Source: an uncultured Bacteroidales bacterium
GTDB taxonomy: Bacteria > Bacteroidota > Bacteroidia > Bacteroidales > FEN-979
Direction: 5' to 3'
Assembly (NCBI GenBank): GCA_903945175.1
Contig: CAJAUM010000106.1
Span: forward strand, 20,335 to 84,334
Length of the DNA stretch: 64,000 bases
Below are positions 26,001-35,590 of the stretch, in pieces. Numbering within the stretch: position 1 is the stretch's first letter; every line of letters begins with the position of its first letter. Position numbers and translations under genes: made by a program. Below the pieces are notes generated by a model, which was not told where the DNA came from, did no database searches, and saw nothing but the letters and a program-made list of their open reading frames with translations.

Positions 26001-26522
26001 TTATCTGCTTTTTTCAATTTTAAAACCAACCGGATTCCGGGGTTCCTCCTTCTGCCGGACCAATTCTCTCAACGCCTGAAAAACGAGCATTATTTGCTCA
26101 GAATGTTGGTCCAGCTTTTCACAGGTTCTTTTCTCGAGGTCATTAATCCGTTCCGACAATTCGTGATGCATAGCAAGGACTTCCCGTAGCTTAACAAATG
26201 CCCGGACGACAAAAATGCTTGCATGAATGGCTACCATGCTGTTTAATACACTCGCCAGCATCAAGGCACCATGCTCCGTGAATACGAATGGGAGCTTTCT
26301 GCGTCCACCCCAATCTGAAGTCACAATTTGCGGCAGCAAATCAGGATCGCCAGTATTATCAGCAGTTTGCGAACTTGATGTTGCAATTTGCAACATCAAG
26401 TTCCGATATTCCTCTAAGGAAAGTTCAAACATAAAATCAGAACTGTCAATCATAACCTTTCTTCCCCGGATAAAATAAATCTGTGAGATGATCTCTTCGT
26501 TTAACTGAACCTTGGTTCCCAT
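26001..26522 (-). CDS. ORF6N-domain protein (variant lacking part of the usual N-terminal segment)
   Basis: IYFIRGRKVMIDS...DFMFELS...WGGRRKLPFVFTEHGALMLASVLNS..AI..SIFVVRAFVKLRE matches the ORF6N pattern. ATG 26522 is preferred to GTG 26549. Confidence 0.6.
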   Translation of the reverse strand: MGTKVQLNEEIISQIYFIRGRKVMIDSSDFMFELSLEEYRNLMLQIATSSSQTADNTGDPDLLPQIVTSDWGGRRKLPFVFTEHGALMLASVLNSMVAIHASIFVVRAFVKLREVLAMHHELSERINDLEKRTCEKLDQHSEQIMLVFQALRELVRQKEEPRNPVGFKIEKSR

Positions 26523-26592
26523 TGTTTTTTCTGCTTTATCCGATTTCACGGGAAAAGGTAATAGCCAAAAGATAAATTTTTATCAACAAAAC

Positions 26593-26639
26593 AAAAATGA
26601 TTATTTTTTAATCATTTTTTCGATTACAATATAATCATT
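26593..26639. promoter_or_regulatory. Candidate operator cluster in the divergent lexA-like / ORF6N-dinB promoter region
   Basis: Inverted repeat AAAAATGATT-N7-AATCATTTTT at 26593-26619. Inverted repeat GATTA-CAATA-TAATC at 26622-26636. The 15-mer TACAATATAATCATT at 26625-26639 abuts the -7 box. Confidence 0.4.
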
Positions 26640-26646
26640 ATATTTG
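26639..26646 (+). promoter_or_regulatory. Bacteroidota -7 box (TATATTTG) for the lexA-like gene
   Basis: TAnnTTTG lies 21 nt upstream of ATG 26667. Confidence 0.45.
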
Positions 26647-26666
26647 CAAAACCAAAATTTTTAAAT

Positions 26667-27470
26667 ATGTTTTTCAGCAGCAATATAAAATTCATGCGGA
26701 AGCGCCGCGGGCGTACGCAAGACGATGTGGCAGGTGCCATCAATATGAAACGGTCAACCCTCAGCGGTTATGAGAACAACGTAGCTCATCCCGGCATGGA
26801 TTCGCTGATACTGTTTTCCAATTATTTCAACATTGCCATCGATACCCTTATAAAGATCGATTTGACCAAACTCCCTGAAAGCCAGCTGAGGCAGATAGAG
26901 CGGGGATATGATGTATATCTGAAGGGCAGTAACCTCAGGGTTCTCGCAACCACAGTAAACAAAGAAAATGAAGACAATATCGAGTTGGTTTCAGAAAAAG
27001 CAAAGGCGGGCTATACCAGTGGATTTGCCGATCCGGAATACATCAGCATTTTGCCAACCTTCCGGCTGCCCTTTTTATCCCGGCAGAAAAAATACCGCAC
27101 ATTTCAGATCAGTGGCGATTCAATGCTCCCTATCCCGCACGGCGCATGGGTAACAGGGGTATTCATCCAGGACTGGACGTCGCTCCGTGACAGGGATGCT
27201 TACATTATCCTGACCATGGATGAAGGAATCGTTTTCAAAGTTGTCGAGAACAGGATCAAGACCGAGGGTAAACTTGTGTTACATTCGCTGAATCCGCTTT
27301 ATCCGGTATATGATATCAACACACGTGATATTCGCGAAATATGGCAATTTGTGCACTACATCAGTCCAAAAATCCCAGAAAACATATCCAGCGAAAATTA
27401 CCATCTTACAGAGACCGTAAAAAAGCTGCAGCATGACATCCTGGCCATTCAAACCAAGCTCAACATCTGA
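26667..27470 (+). CDS. LexA-like repressor: XRE/CI-type HTH + S24 self-cleaving peptidase domain (non-canonical LexA type of Bacteroidota)
   Basis: HTH: RKRRGRTQDDVAGAINMKRSTLSGYENN. Possible Ala-Gly cleavage site in EKAKAGYTSGF. Ser nucleophile in FQISGDSMLP. Lys in GIVFKVVEN. Confidence 0.8.
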   Translation: MFFSSNIKFMRKRRGRTQDDVAGAINMKRSTLSGYENNVAHPGMDSLILFSNYFNIAIDTLIKIDLTKLPESQLRQIERGYDVYLKGSNLRVLATTVNKENEDNIELVSEKAKAGYTSGFADPEYISILPTFRLPFLSRQKKYRTFQISGDSMLPIPHGAWVTGVFIQDWTSLRDRDAYIILTMDEGIVFKVVENRIKTEGKLVLHSLNPLYPVYDINTRDIREIWQFVHYISPKIPENISSENYHLTETVKKLQHDILAIQTKLNI

Positions 27471-27574
27471 ATAAAAAACTGAAAAAGCAATATGGTTTAC
27501 ATTTTTTTAACATAATTCACCGCAAAATCGAAACTGATTTACCTCAATTGCGTACAAGAAGAATATTTATTATG

Positions 27575-27582
27575 TATGTTTG
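27575..27582 (+). promoter_or_regulatory. Bacteroidota -7 box (TATGTTTG) upstream of ugd
   Basis: TAnnTTTG lies 36 nt upstream of ATG 27618. Confidence 0.4.
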
Positions 27583-27617
27583 TTCTAATTATCAATCAAT
27601 AATCAAAGCTTAAAAAA

Positions 27618-28943
27618 ATGAAAGTCGCCATCGTTGGATCTGGTTACGTCGGTCTGGTTACCGGTACGTGTTTCGCTGAAGTCGGGATTGAGGTCACTTG
27701 TGTTGACATCGATCAGAAAAAAATTGAAAACTTAAAAAACGGCATTATTCCTATTTATGAGCCAGGCCTGGAGGAGATGGTTCACCGGAACATGAAAAAA
27801 GACCGCCTTAAGTTTACGACCAGTATTGCCGAAGCATTGGAAGATTGTGAAGTAATTTTCAGCGCAGTAGGAACACCTCCTGACGACGACGGAAGCGCTG
27901 ATCTCCAATACGTTATCAGTGTAGCGCGTGATTGCGGCAAAAACATGAAGGATTATTTGCTGATCGTAACAAAAAGCACCGTGCCTGTTGGAACCGCTGA
28001 AAAAGTGCGCGCCGCCATTCAGGAAGAGTTGGATAAACGCGGCGTAAGCATCGAATTTGACGTTGCCTCAAATCCCGAATTCCTCAAAGAGGGCGCAGCC
28101 ATTGATGACTTCCTGAAACCCGACCGGATTGTGGTTGGATGTAATTCACCCCGAGCCGAAGAGTTGATGAAAGCACTGTATAAACCCTTTACATTAAATG
28201 GTCACCCTGTTATTTTTATGGATATCACCTCGGCTGAAATGACGAAATATGCAGCCAACTCCATGCTTGCCACCAAAATCAGCTTCATGAACGATATTGC
28301 GAACCTTTGTGAAATTGTCGGTGCAGATATTAACATGGTCCGCAGGGGCATTGGATCTGACTCCCGCATTGGCAGCAAATTTATTTATCCCGGGGTAGGC
28401 TATGGCGGCTCCTGTTTTCCGAAAGATGTGAAAGCCCTGATACACACAGCCGATGATTTCAACTACAGTCTTCGTGTCCTGAAAGCGGTGGAAGAGGTAA
28501 ATGACGATCAGAAATCCGTATTATTTAATAAAATGATGAAGCACTATGGCGGGGAGCTGGCTGGCAAAACAGTGGCTATCTGGGGATTATCATTTAAGCC
28601 ACAAACTGACGACATGCGGGAGGCTCCTTCCCTGACCATCATTAAAAGACTCCTGGAGGCAGGTGTAAAAATTAAAGCATATGATCCTGTGGCCATGCAT
28701 GAAGCCGAACGCATCCTGAGCGATACAATTTATTATGCCCCCGATCAATACGATGCCCTCATTGATGCAGACTGCCTGATGCTCGTGACGGAATGGCCGG
28801 AGTTCAAATTCCCAAATTTTAACGTCATCCGGAAACTCCTGAAAGATCCCGTCGTGTTTGATGGAAGAAACATTTACGAAATTGCCGAGATGAAGCGCAA
28901 AGGATTCGCTTATTATTGCATTGGTGTTGATACTTCTAAATAA
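27618..28943 (+). CDS. ugd: UDP-glucose 6-dehydrogenase
   Basis: Rossmann motif [12 protein letters not shown], catalytic Cys in [24 protein letters not shown]. Confidence 0.9.
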   Translation: MKVAIVGSGYVGLVTGTCFAEVGIEVTCVDIDQKKIENLKNGIIPIYEPGLEEMVHRNMKKDRLKFTTSIAEALEDCEVIFSAVGTPPDDDGSADLQYVISVARDCGKNMKDYLLIVTKSTVPVGTAEKVRAAIQEELDKRGVSIEFDVASNPEFLKEGAAIDDFLKPDRIVVGCNSPRAEELMKALYKPFTLNGHPVIFMDITSAEMTKYAANSMLATKISFMNDIANLCEIVGADINMVRRGIGSDSRIGSKFIYPGVGYGGSCFPKDVKALIHTADDFNYSLRVLKAVEEVNDDQKSVLFNKMMKHYGGELAGKTVAIWGLSFKPQTDDMREAPSLTIIKRLLEAGVKIKAYDPVAMHEAERILSDTIYYAPDQYDALIDADCLMLVTEWPEFKFPNFNVIRKLLKDPVVFDGRNIYEIAEMKRKGFAYYCIGVDTSK

Positions 28944-28954
28944 AATCTCTTTGT

Positions 28955-29000
28955 TCATCCAAAAAAAGCCTAACAGTTCAATCAAGTACCGTTAGGTTTT
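28955..29000 (+). terminator. Possible intrinsic terminator after ugd
   Basis: AAAAAAGCCTAAC ... GTTAGGTTTTTT: a 6-8 bp stem with a rather long loop and a T-run. Confidence 0.35.
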
Positions 29001-29027
29001 TTAATTAGAATTCATAAATCCGGAGAA

Positions 29028-29966
29028 ATGATAAGAAAAAAGATTTTAGTCACGGGAGGCGCCGGTTTCTTAGGATCCCACCTCTGCGAAAGATTGCTTA
29101 ACGAAGGAAATGAAGTGGTTTGTCTGGACAATTATTTCACCGGACAAAAGCAAAACGTCGTTCACCTGTTAAAAAATCCCTTTTTTGAATTGATCCGACA
29201 CGACGTGACCATGCCCTTCTACATCGAAGTCGATCAGATTTACAACCTTGCATGCCCGGCCTCTCCCATTCACTATCAGTACAATCCGATCAAAACAGTT
29301 AAAACCTCGGTGATGGGCGCCATCAATATGCTGGGACTCGCCAAGCGCATCAAGGCCCGCATCCTGCAGGCTTCAACCAGCGAAGTATACGGTGATCCTG
29401 AAGTTCATCCACAAGTGGAGTCTTACTGGGGCCATGTTAATCCGATAGGCATCCGTTCATGTTATGATGAAGGAAAGCGCATCGCTGAAACCCTTTTCGT
29501 CAATTATCATCAGCAAAACAATGTCCGGATCAAAATAATGCGGATCTTCAATACCTATGGGCCCCGTATGCATCCCAGCGACGGCCGTGTGGTTTCAAAT
29601 TTCATCGTGCAGGCGCTCAGGGGGGAGAATATTACCATTTATGGCGATGGTTCTCAATCCCGAAGTTTCTGTTATGTGGATGACCTGCTTGAAGGAATGA
29701 TTCGTTTAATGAACTCCAGGGAAGATTTCACGGGACCCGTGAACATTGGCAACCCCAATGAGTTTACCATGTTGGAACTTGCTGAAAAAGTCATAAAACT
29801 CACAGGAACTGACTCTAAAATCATATATATGCCGCTTCCGGCAGATGATCCAACGCAACGCCAACCCAATATTTCACTCGCAAAAAAGGAGTTGGGCTGG
29901 GAGCCCAAGGTCATGCTTGAGGAGGGATTGGTTAAAACGATTGATTATTTCAAAAGCATCGTTTGA
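29028..29966 (+). CDS. uxs: UDP-glucuronate decarboxylase (UDP-xylose synthase), SDR family
   Basis: [12 protein letters not shown], YxxxK in CYDEGKR, and overall UXS-like sequence ([22 protein letters not shown]). Confidence 0.85.
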   Translation: MIRKKILVTGGAGFLGSHLCERLLNEGNEVVCLDNYFTGQKQNVVHLLKNPFFELIRHDVTMPFYIEVDQIYNLACPASPIHYQYNPIKTVKTSVMGAINMLGLAKRIKARILQASTSEVYGDPEVHPQVESYWGHVNPIGIRSCYDEGKRIAETLFVNYHQQNNVRIKIMRIFNTYGPRMHPSDGRVVSNFIVQALRGENITIYGDGSQSRSFCYVDDLLEGMIRLMNSREDFTGPVNIGNPNEFTMLELAEKVIKLTGTDSKIIYMPLPADDPTQRQPNISLAKKELGWEPKVMLEEGLVKTIDYFKSIV

Positions 29967-29986
29967 TTGCTTCCAAACACAACGCC

Positions 29987-30850
29987 ATGAAAATATTAGT
30001 TACCGGATCAAACGGCCAGCTTGGCAATGAAATAGGGATGCTGAGATCTGCCTATCCATCATACGAGTTCCTTTTAACTGACCTGGCAGAATTGGATATT
30101 ACAAATGAACAAGCCATCGATGAACTCTTTTCGCAATACAAACCAGCGGTTGTAATCAATTGTGCGGCTTATACTGCTGTTGACAAGGCAGAACAGGAGG
30201 AAAAAATTGCGTTTCTGATCAATTCAAGTGCAGTAGGCAACCTGGCCAGGGCTGCATCTAAGCACCATGCGCTGCTGGTGCATATCTCCACTGATTATGT
30301 GTTTGATGGTAAAAACCACAGACCCTATGTGGAGAATGACCCGACTAACCCGGTCTCTATGTATGCTAAAAGCAAGCACGCCGGGGAACAGCAGATTCAT
30401 TCCTTTGCGAACAATGCCCTGATTATCAGAACCTCATGGCTGTATTCAGAATTTGGATTAAATTTCGTGAAAACAATTATGAAATATGGGAAAGAGCGTG
30501 GTAAGCTGAATGTGGTCTTCGACCAGGTTGGCACCCCTACCTATGCCCATGACCTTGCTAAAGTCATCCTTGATATCGTTGAAAAAAAAACCATTTCCTC
30601 CGGTGTTGAAATTTTTCATTTTTCAAATGAAGGTGTTACCAGCTGGTACGATTTTGCCAAGGCCATTGTGGAATTCAGCGGCATAGACTGCAGAATTAAT
30701 CCGATTGAAACAAAAGATTATCCCCTGCCCGCAGCACGGCCGTATTACAGCGTTTTCAACAAATCAAAGATCAAGGAACGATTTCAAATTGAGATCCCGT
30801 TCTGGCGCGACAGCCTGAGGAAGTGCATGGAGAGAATGACGAGCGAGTGA
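29987..30850 (+). CDS. rfbD: dTDP-4-dehydrorhamnose reductase
   Basis: ILVTGSNGQLG, AAYTAVDKAE, YxxxK in YAKSKHAGE. ATG 29987 is preferred to TTG 29963. The last codons and the stop lie in a heptamer repeat. Confidence 0.85.
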   Translation: MKILVTGSNGQLGNEIGMLRSAYPSYEFLLTDLAELDITNEQAIDELFSQYKPAVVINCAAYTAVDKAEQEEKIAFLINSSAVGNLARAASKHHALLVHISTDYVFDGKNHRPYVENDPTNPVSMYAKSKHAGEQQIHSFANNALIIRTSWLYSEFGLNFVKTIMKYGKERGKLNVVFDQVGTPTYAHDLAKVILDIVEKKTISSGVEIFHFSNEGVTSWYDFAKAIVEFSGIDCRINPIETKDYPLPAARPYYSVFNKSKIKERFQIEIPFWRDSLRKCMERMTSE

Positions 30851-30875
30851 CGAATGACGAGTGACGAGTGACGAA
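30837..30875. repeat. Heptanucleotide tandem array (TGACGAG/TGACGAA, 5 units with one 4-nt irregularity) spanning the rfbD stop codon
   Basis: tgacgag cgag tgacgaa tgacgag tgacgag tgacgaa. The TGA stop of rfbD (30848-30850) is part of a repeat unit. Confidence 0.85.
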
Positions 30876-30904
30876 ATATTTATGAAAATCAAAGAGGTTA
30901 CGTT

Positions 30905-32641
30905 ATGGAAATAGAGCATACAATACTGGAAAGGGCAAACAGATGGCTTGGGGGCAGTTTTGATGAAGATACTAAAATTGCTGTGAAGCAGCTGATAAAT
31001 TCAAATCCGGTTGAGTTGACCGATTCATTTTACAGGGATCTTGAGTTTGGCACCGGGGGCTTGCGAGGGATCATGGGGGTAGGAACAAACAGGATGAACA
31101 AATACACCGTAGGCATGGCAACCCAGGGGCTGGCCAATTATCTGAAGCAAATGTTCCCGGATAAAAAGCCGGTAAAAATGGCTATTTCGTATGACAGCCG
31201 CAATAACAGTAAATTTTTTGCACGGATTGTCGCAGAGGTGCTTTCTGCGAACGGTTTCACTGTATATCTCTTCACCGACCTTCGTCCAACGCCAGAGCTC
31301 TCCTTTGCCATCAGGCATTTGGGATGCCAGAGTGGGGTCATGGTCACGGCATCACATAATCCAAAAGAATACAACGGATATAAGGCATACTGGGACGACG
31401 GGGCCCAAATGATTGCGCCCCATGATGAAAACGTAATCAGGGAGGTCCAGAAAATCACCTCAATCGATGACGTGAAATGGGCTGCATTGCCTGAAAACAT
31501 CATCAACATCGGTGAAGAAATTGACCAGGAGTACCTTGGCCGGGTTTTGGCGCTATCCCTGTCTCCTGAAAGCATTAGGCATCAAAAGGATCTGAAAATT
31601 GTTTATACCCCACTTCACGGTTGTGGAAGGGAACTGGTGCCGAAAACACTTTCCATGTTTGGCTTTGAAAACATCCATATGGTTAAGGAGCAAGCCATTG
31701 CCGATGGAAATTTCCCGACGGTGCATTCACCTAATCCCGAAGAGCACAATGCCCTAGACATGGCCATCAACCTGGCTGACGAACTCCATGCCGACCTTGT
31801 TATGGCTACCGATCCTGATGCAGACCGTGTTGGTATCGCCATAAGAAATCATAAGAATGAAATGGTTCTCCTCAATGGAAATCAAACCGCGGCCCTGCTC
31901 TTCTATTATATTCTCAACAGATGGAAAGGATTGGGGAAACTGAAAGGCACTGAATTCATCGTTTCTACCATTGTCACGACAAAACTGCTTTCAGAAATTG
32001 CAGCCTCATTTGGAATTGCCTATTTCGAATGCCTGACCGGATTTAAATATATTGCGGATGTGATCAGGCAAAATGAAGGCCAAAAAAAATTCATTGTGGG
32101 CGGTGAAGAGAGTTATGGATACCTCATTGGAGATTTTGTTCGAGACAAGGATGCTGTAAGCGCTTGTGCATTGATTGCTGAAACAGCTGCCTGGATGGCT
32201 GATCAGGGCAAATCGCTTTTTGATCTGCTCCTCGATATTTATCAGGAATACGGTTTCTATAAAGAGTCACTGATCTCTGTGACACGAAAAGGGAAAAGTG
32301 GCGCCGAAGAAATCCAGCAAATGATGGTAGATTACCGAAATGCACCTCCAAAAGCGATCAACAATTCTAACGTTGTCAAAATCAAGGACTACCTCTTACA
32401 GATTGAGAAAGATGTTCTCGCTGGATTTTCCAAAGCCATAGACTTGCCAAAATCCAATGTACTTCAATTCATACTTGAAGATGGAAGCATGATCAGTGTG
32501 AGACCATCCGGAACCGAACCAAAAATTAAATTTTACTTTGGGGTTCGTGAACCACTCAGCACCAGGGACGATTTTGAGCAAACGGAATATCGACTGAATG
32601 AAAAAATAGCTGGCATCATCGCTTCAATGAAGCTAAAATAA
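30905..32641 (+). CDS. Phosphoglucomutase/phosphomannomutase-family phosphosugar mutase (578 aa type)
   Basis: Phosphoserine loop TASHNPKEYNGYK, metal loop ATDPDADRVG, sugar loop GGEESYGY. Confidence 0.85.
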   Translation: MEIEHTILERANRWLGGSFDEDTKIAVKQLINSNPVELTDSFYRDLEFGTGGLRGIMGVGTNRMNKYTVGMATQGLANYLKQMFPDKKPVKMAISYDSRNNSKFFARIVAEVLSANGFTVYLFTDLRPTPELSFAIRHLGCQSGVMVTASHNPKEYNGYKAYWDDGAQMIAPHDENVIREVQKITSIDDVKWAALPENIINIGEEIDQEYLGRVLALSLSPESIRHQKDLKIVYTPLHGCGRELVPKTLSMFGFENIHMVKEQAIADGNFPTVHSPNPEEHNALDMAINLADELHADLVMATDPDADRVGIAIRNHKNEMVLLNGNQTAALLFYYILNRWKGLGKLKGTEFIVSTIVTTKLLSEIAASFGIAYFECLTGFKYIADVIRQNEGQKKFIVGGEESYGYLIGDFVRDKDAVSACALIAETAAWMADQGKSLFDLLLDIYQEYGFYKESLISVTRKGKSGAEEIQQMMVDYRNAPPKAINNSNVVKIKDYLLQIEKDVLAGFSKAIDLPKSNVLQFILEDGSMISVRPSGTEPKIKFYFGVREPLSTRDDFEQTEYRLNEKIAGIIASMKLK

Positions 32642-34627
32642 ATGTCCGGAATCAGATTAACCTCTCTTCTTTTTTCAGGATTCATCTTATTTTTTTCCGT
32701 TGGGTATAGCCAAAGTGTAAGCGTTCCTCCATCGGAAAGCGTTGTCAGTGATGGTGATACCGTCTATATCAGGCATGGAACCTACATCCTGCTTAAAAAC
32801 ATGTCCATTACAATCCCACGTGACACCTTTTATATTTTGCCCTACGGGAAAGGAGACATGTCAGATGCCCGTTCGTATCAGAATTCGAAAATTTTTTATG
32901 ATACGATGTACAAAAAATTTTCCCGAAAAAAAATAACAAAATTAATCTATAATCTGGCCTTTATTGAGCCCCAACAAACTGATCTGCCTGATACGACCCA
33001 GGTGTTGAGGAGCGCACAGCCCTATGAAGGATTTCAGGGAAAAATTATCCGGAAAATCGATGTAAAAATTTTACCGCCATTTGGGGCGAATATTTTTGAC
33101 ACTACCAGGGTGGCGGAAACCGGAATCGGAAAGACCCTGAATAGTGTACACATGAATACACGTAAACACGTGATCCGCAAAAATCTTCTTTTTAAGAACG
33201 GTGACAGGGTGGATCCATCTGTTCTGGCTGACAATGAAAGGATATTGAGAGACCTTGCAGCCATTGACAATGCCCGGATCATCATCTCCCCAACCGGCCC
33301 TGAGAGCGATTCTGTTGACCTGCTCGTGGTCGCCAAAGATGTATGGTCCATTGGTATTGATGTTCCGGTGGTGACCCCACAAAAAGTCAGGTTCCGAATC
33401 TATGATGCCAATTTTCTTGGACAGGGAAATCAGCTGATAAACAGCATGTCAATGGATTTGTACCGAGCCCCGTTTTTCCTGTATGAAGGATTATCTTATA
33501 CCTATGCCAATATCGAAGGTTCGCTTATTGACGCAACCATCGGTTATGAGGCTGACCACCTGGGAAATATGATTATGCTGTTACGTTTCGACCGGTCATT
33601 CCTGACCAATCAGACAAAATGGGCCGGAGGGGCCGCGGCCTCCTATATTACCAATGTCAATAATATGGTTGAAACTGCACCTATTACATCCCATTCAAAT
33701 TATGAAGGGATCTGGCTGGGCCGGGCATTTTTGCTCAAGGGGCAAAAGGAGTTATCCAGGGCTGTGGTTGCCGCCGCTGTATACCGCAGGGATTTTGGGT
33801 CCCGTCCGGAGGTCACCATTGATTCAAACAGAGGTTATTATAATGGATTGCAAGTTCTCTCTGCCCTTTCCTTTTCAAGAAATAATTATTATCTGACAGA
33901 TTATATCATGGATTTTGGAAAAACAGAAAACCTTCCATATGGTCATTTGATTCAAATAACTGTCGGGGCCGACCGCTGTGATTTTTATAGCCGTGTTTAT
34001 ACCGGTATCCATCTCGCGGCAGGTAATTTTTTTAAAAAATTTGGCTATATCTCGTCCTATATAAAATTTAGCGGCTTTTTTTACCATACATCATTTGAAG
34101 ATGCAGTTCTCAAATTTAACTTCAATTATTTCACTCCACTTCTGAAAACCCCGGACAAAAGGTTCAAATTTCGTGTTTTTTATTCGGCCAATTACCGTTA
34201 TGCCATCAATTCAAGATCAAACAACCTGGACTATTATGATGCTAACCTTGATTTCAAAATTGATAAGGTTGGCAATGGTAATTATTTTAACGGGGTGAAT
34301 ATTATTTCAGGCAGACTTGCTACTGTATGCTTCAGTCCATGGTATTTTTATGGCTTCCGCTTTGCGGCCATGATTGAATTACAATCAGGTTTGGTTGCAA
34401 AAAAGAATGAACCACTCTACAATGCACCTTTTTTTAGCAGTATCGGGCTAAGCCTCATCATTAAAAACAACAACCTCATTTTTCCAGCTTTCCTCATCTC
34501 CGGGTATTTTTATCCTTCATCCTCAGCTGATTTCAGGCAATTCCAGTTTATGATCAATTCCAATTTGAATGTAGATTATTACGATTTCAACGTAAATGCG
34601 CCACACGAAGAAAATCTGGGGAACTGA
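32642..34627 (+). CDS. Predicted outer-membrane protein, Omp85/POTRA-like N-region plus beta-barrel (uncharacterised)
   Basis: Signal peptide. POTRA-like segment IIRKIDVKILPPFG...IRKNLLFKNGDRVDPSVLADNERILRDL. A long aromatic-rich, alternating C-terminal region. The start codon abuts the mutase stop. Confidence 0.4.
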   Translation: MSGIRLTSLLFSGFILFFSVGYSQSVSVPPSESVVSDGDTVYIRHGTYILLKNMSITIPRDTFYILPYGKGDMSDARSYQNSKIFYDTMYKKFSRKKITKLIYNLAFIEPQQTDLPDTTQVLRSAQPYEGFQGKIIRKIDVKILPPFGANIFDTTRVAETGIGKTLNSVHMNTRKHVIRKNLLFKNGDRVDPSVLADNERILRDLAAIDNARIIISPTGPESDSVDLLVVAKDVWSIGIDVPVVTPQKVRFRIYDANFLGQGNQLINSMSMDLYRAPFFLYEGLSYTYANIEGSLIDATIGYEADHLGNMIMLLRFDRSFLTNQTKWAGGAAASYITNVNNMVETAPITSHSNYEGIWLGRAFLLKGQKELSRAVVAAAVYRRDFGSRPEVTIDSNRGYYNGLQVLSALSFSRNNYYLTDYIMDFGKTENLPYGHLIQITVGADRCDFYSRVYTGIHLAAGNFFKKFGYISSYIKFSGFFYHTSFEDAVLKFNFNYFTPLLKTPDKRFKFRVFYSANYRYAINSRSNNLDYYDANLDFKIDKVGNGNYFNGVNIISGRLATVCFSPWYFYGFRFAAMIELQSGLVAKKNEPLYNAPFFSSIGLSLIIKNNNLIFPAFLISGYFYPSSSADFRQFQFMINSNLNVDYYDFNVNAPHEENLGN

Positions 34628-34673
34628 TGTAAACAAAAAAAACGTAGTTTTACTTTTCAATAAAACATATCGA

Positions 34674-35222
34674 ATGAATGAAACAATCCTGAACACCGGC
34701 GATGACCCGGTATATTCCAGAAAAGTCCTGGAGATGCTCACTGTTGCTAATGAATATTGCCTATTTCTTGAAAAAGCGGATGATTACACGGAGGAGGAGT
34801 TGCTGAATTTTCTTCAAAAAATTGCTCCGCTGATATATTTGAAGAGTGTGCTCCTGCCTGAAATCGATGTAACCGATGATACTGCTGTCGAACATTATGT
34901 AAATGAAGAGCAGTGGGAGGCGCTTTTCAACCTATTGTATAATAAATTCGGAGAAAAAGATCAGTTCTATTTTGTTGACCTTCATGAGAAAAGTCACAAT
35001 GATCCAATCAAAGGAAGCCTGGCCGAGTGTTATACTGACATATACCAGGATTTGAAAGATTTTGTTCTTCTTTACCAAAACCCGTTAAAGACATTCAAGG
35101 AAAACGCAGTTAAAGAATGTAAGCGATTGTTCGAATCCCGTTATGGTTATCGCATTATCAACGCCCAGGCTGCCATTCATTGTATTCAATTTCCGGAGGA
35201 TGACCGCGAAATGATTTTTTAA
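34674..35222 (+). CDS. DUF5063-like hypothetical protein
   Basis: MNETILNTGDDPVYSRKVLEMLTVANEYCLFLEKADDY... is recalled as the DUF5063 pattern. ATG 34674 was chosen over the upstream extension that overlaps the preceding gene. Confidence 0.45.
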   Translation: MNETILNTGDDPVYSRKVLEMLTVANEYCLFLEKADDYTEEELLNFLQKIAPLIYLKSVLLPEIDVTDDTAVEHYVNEEQWEALFNLLYNKFGEKDQFYFVDLHEKSHNDPIKGSLAECYTDIYQDLKDFVLLYQNPLKTFKENAVKECKRLFESRYGYRIINAQAAIHCIQFPEDDREMIF

Positions 35223-35245
35223 TACTTTTGTAAAAACAATTTCAC

Positions 35246-35590
35246 ATGATAGATCGTCAAAGATTCAACGACAACTTTCAGTATTTTGATAAAGAAATAA
35301 TTATTGAAATCATTGACATTTTCTTTTCTGAATATGATGAACGTTTCACCAAATTAGAAAGAAACGTTCTTGACCGGGATTTTCCTCAGTTGAAATTCAA
35401 TGCACACAGCCTGAAGGGTGTTATTGCAAATTTCATGGATCCTGTTACAATTGACCTTTCAAGGAGACTGGATGAAGCATCGAAGAGCAAGGATGAAACT
35501 GGTCTTGACCAGCTATTTGATGACCTGAAGAAAAGCACCGGGAAGTTAATGGTCGAGTTGCAGCAGATCAAGCAGGAACTTACTTCCTGA
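35246..35590 (+). CDS. Stand-alone histidine phosphotransfer (Hpt) protein
   Basis: 114 aa helical protein with the HxxKG phosphorylation motif (NAHSLKGVIANF). Confidence 0.75.
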   Translation: MIDRQRFNDNFQYFDKEIIIEIIDIFFSEYDERFTKLERNVLDRDFPQLKFNAHSLKGVIANFMDPVTIDLSRRLDEASKSKDETGLDQLFDDLKKSTGKLMVELQQIKQELTS

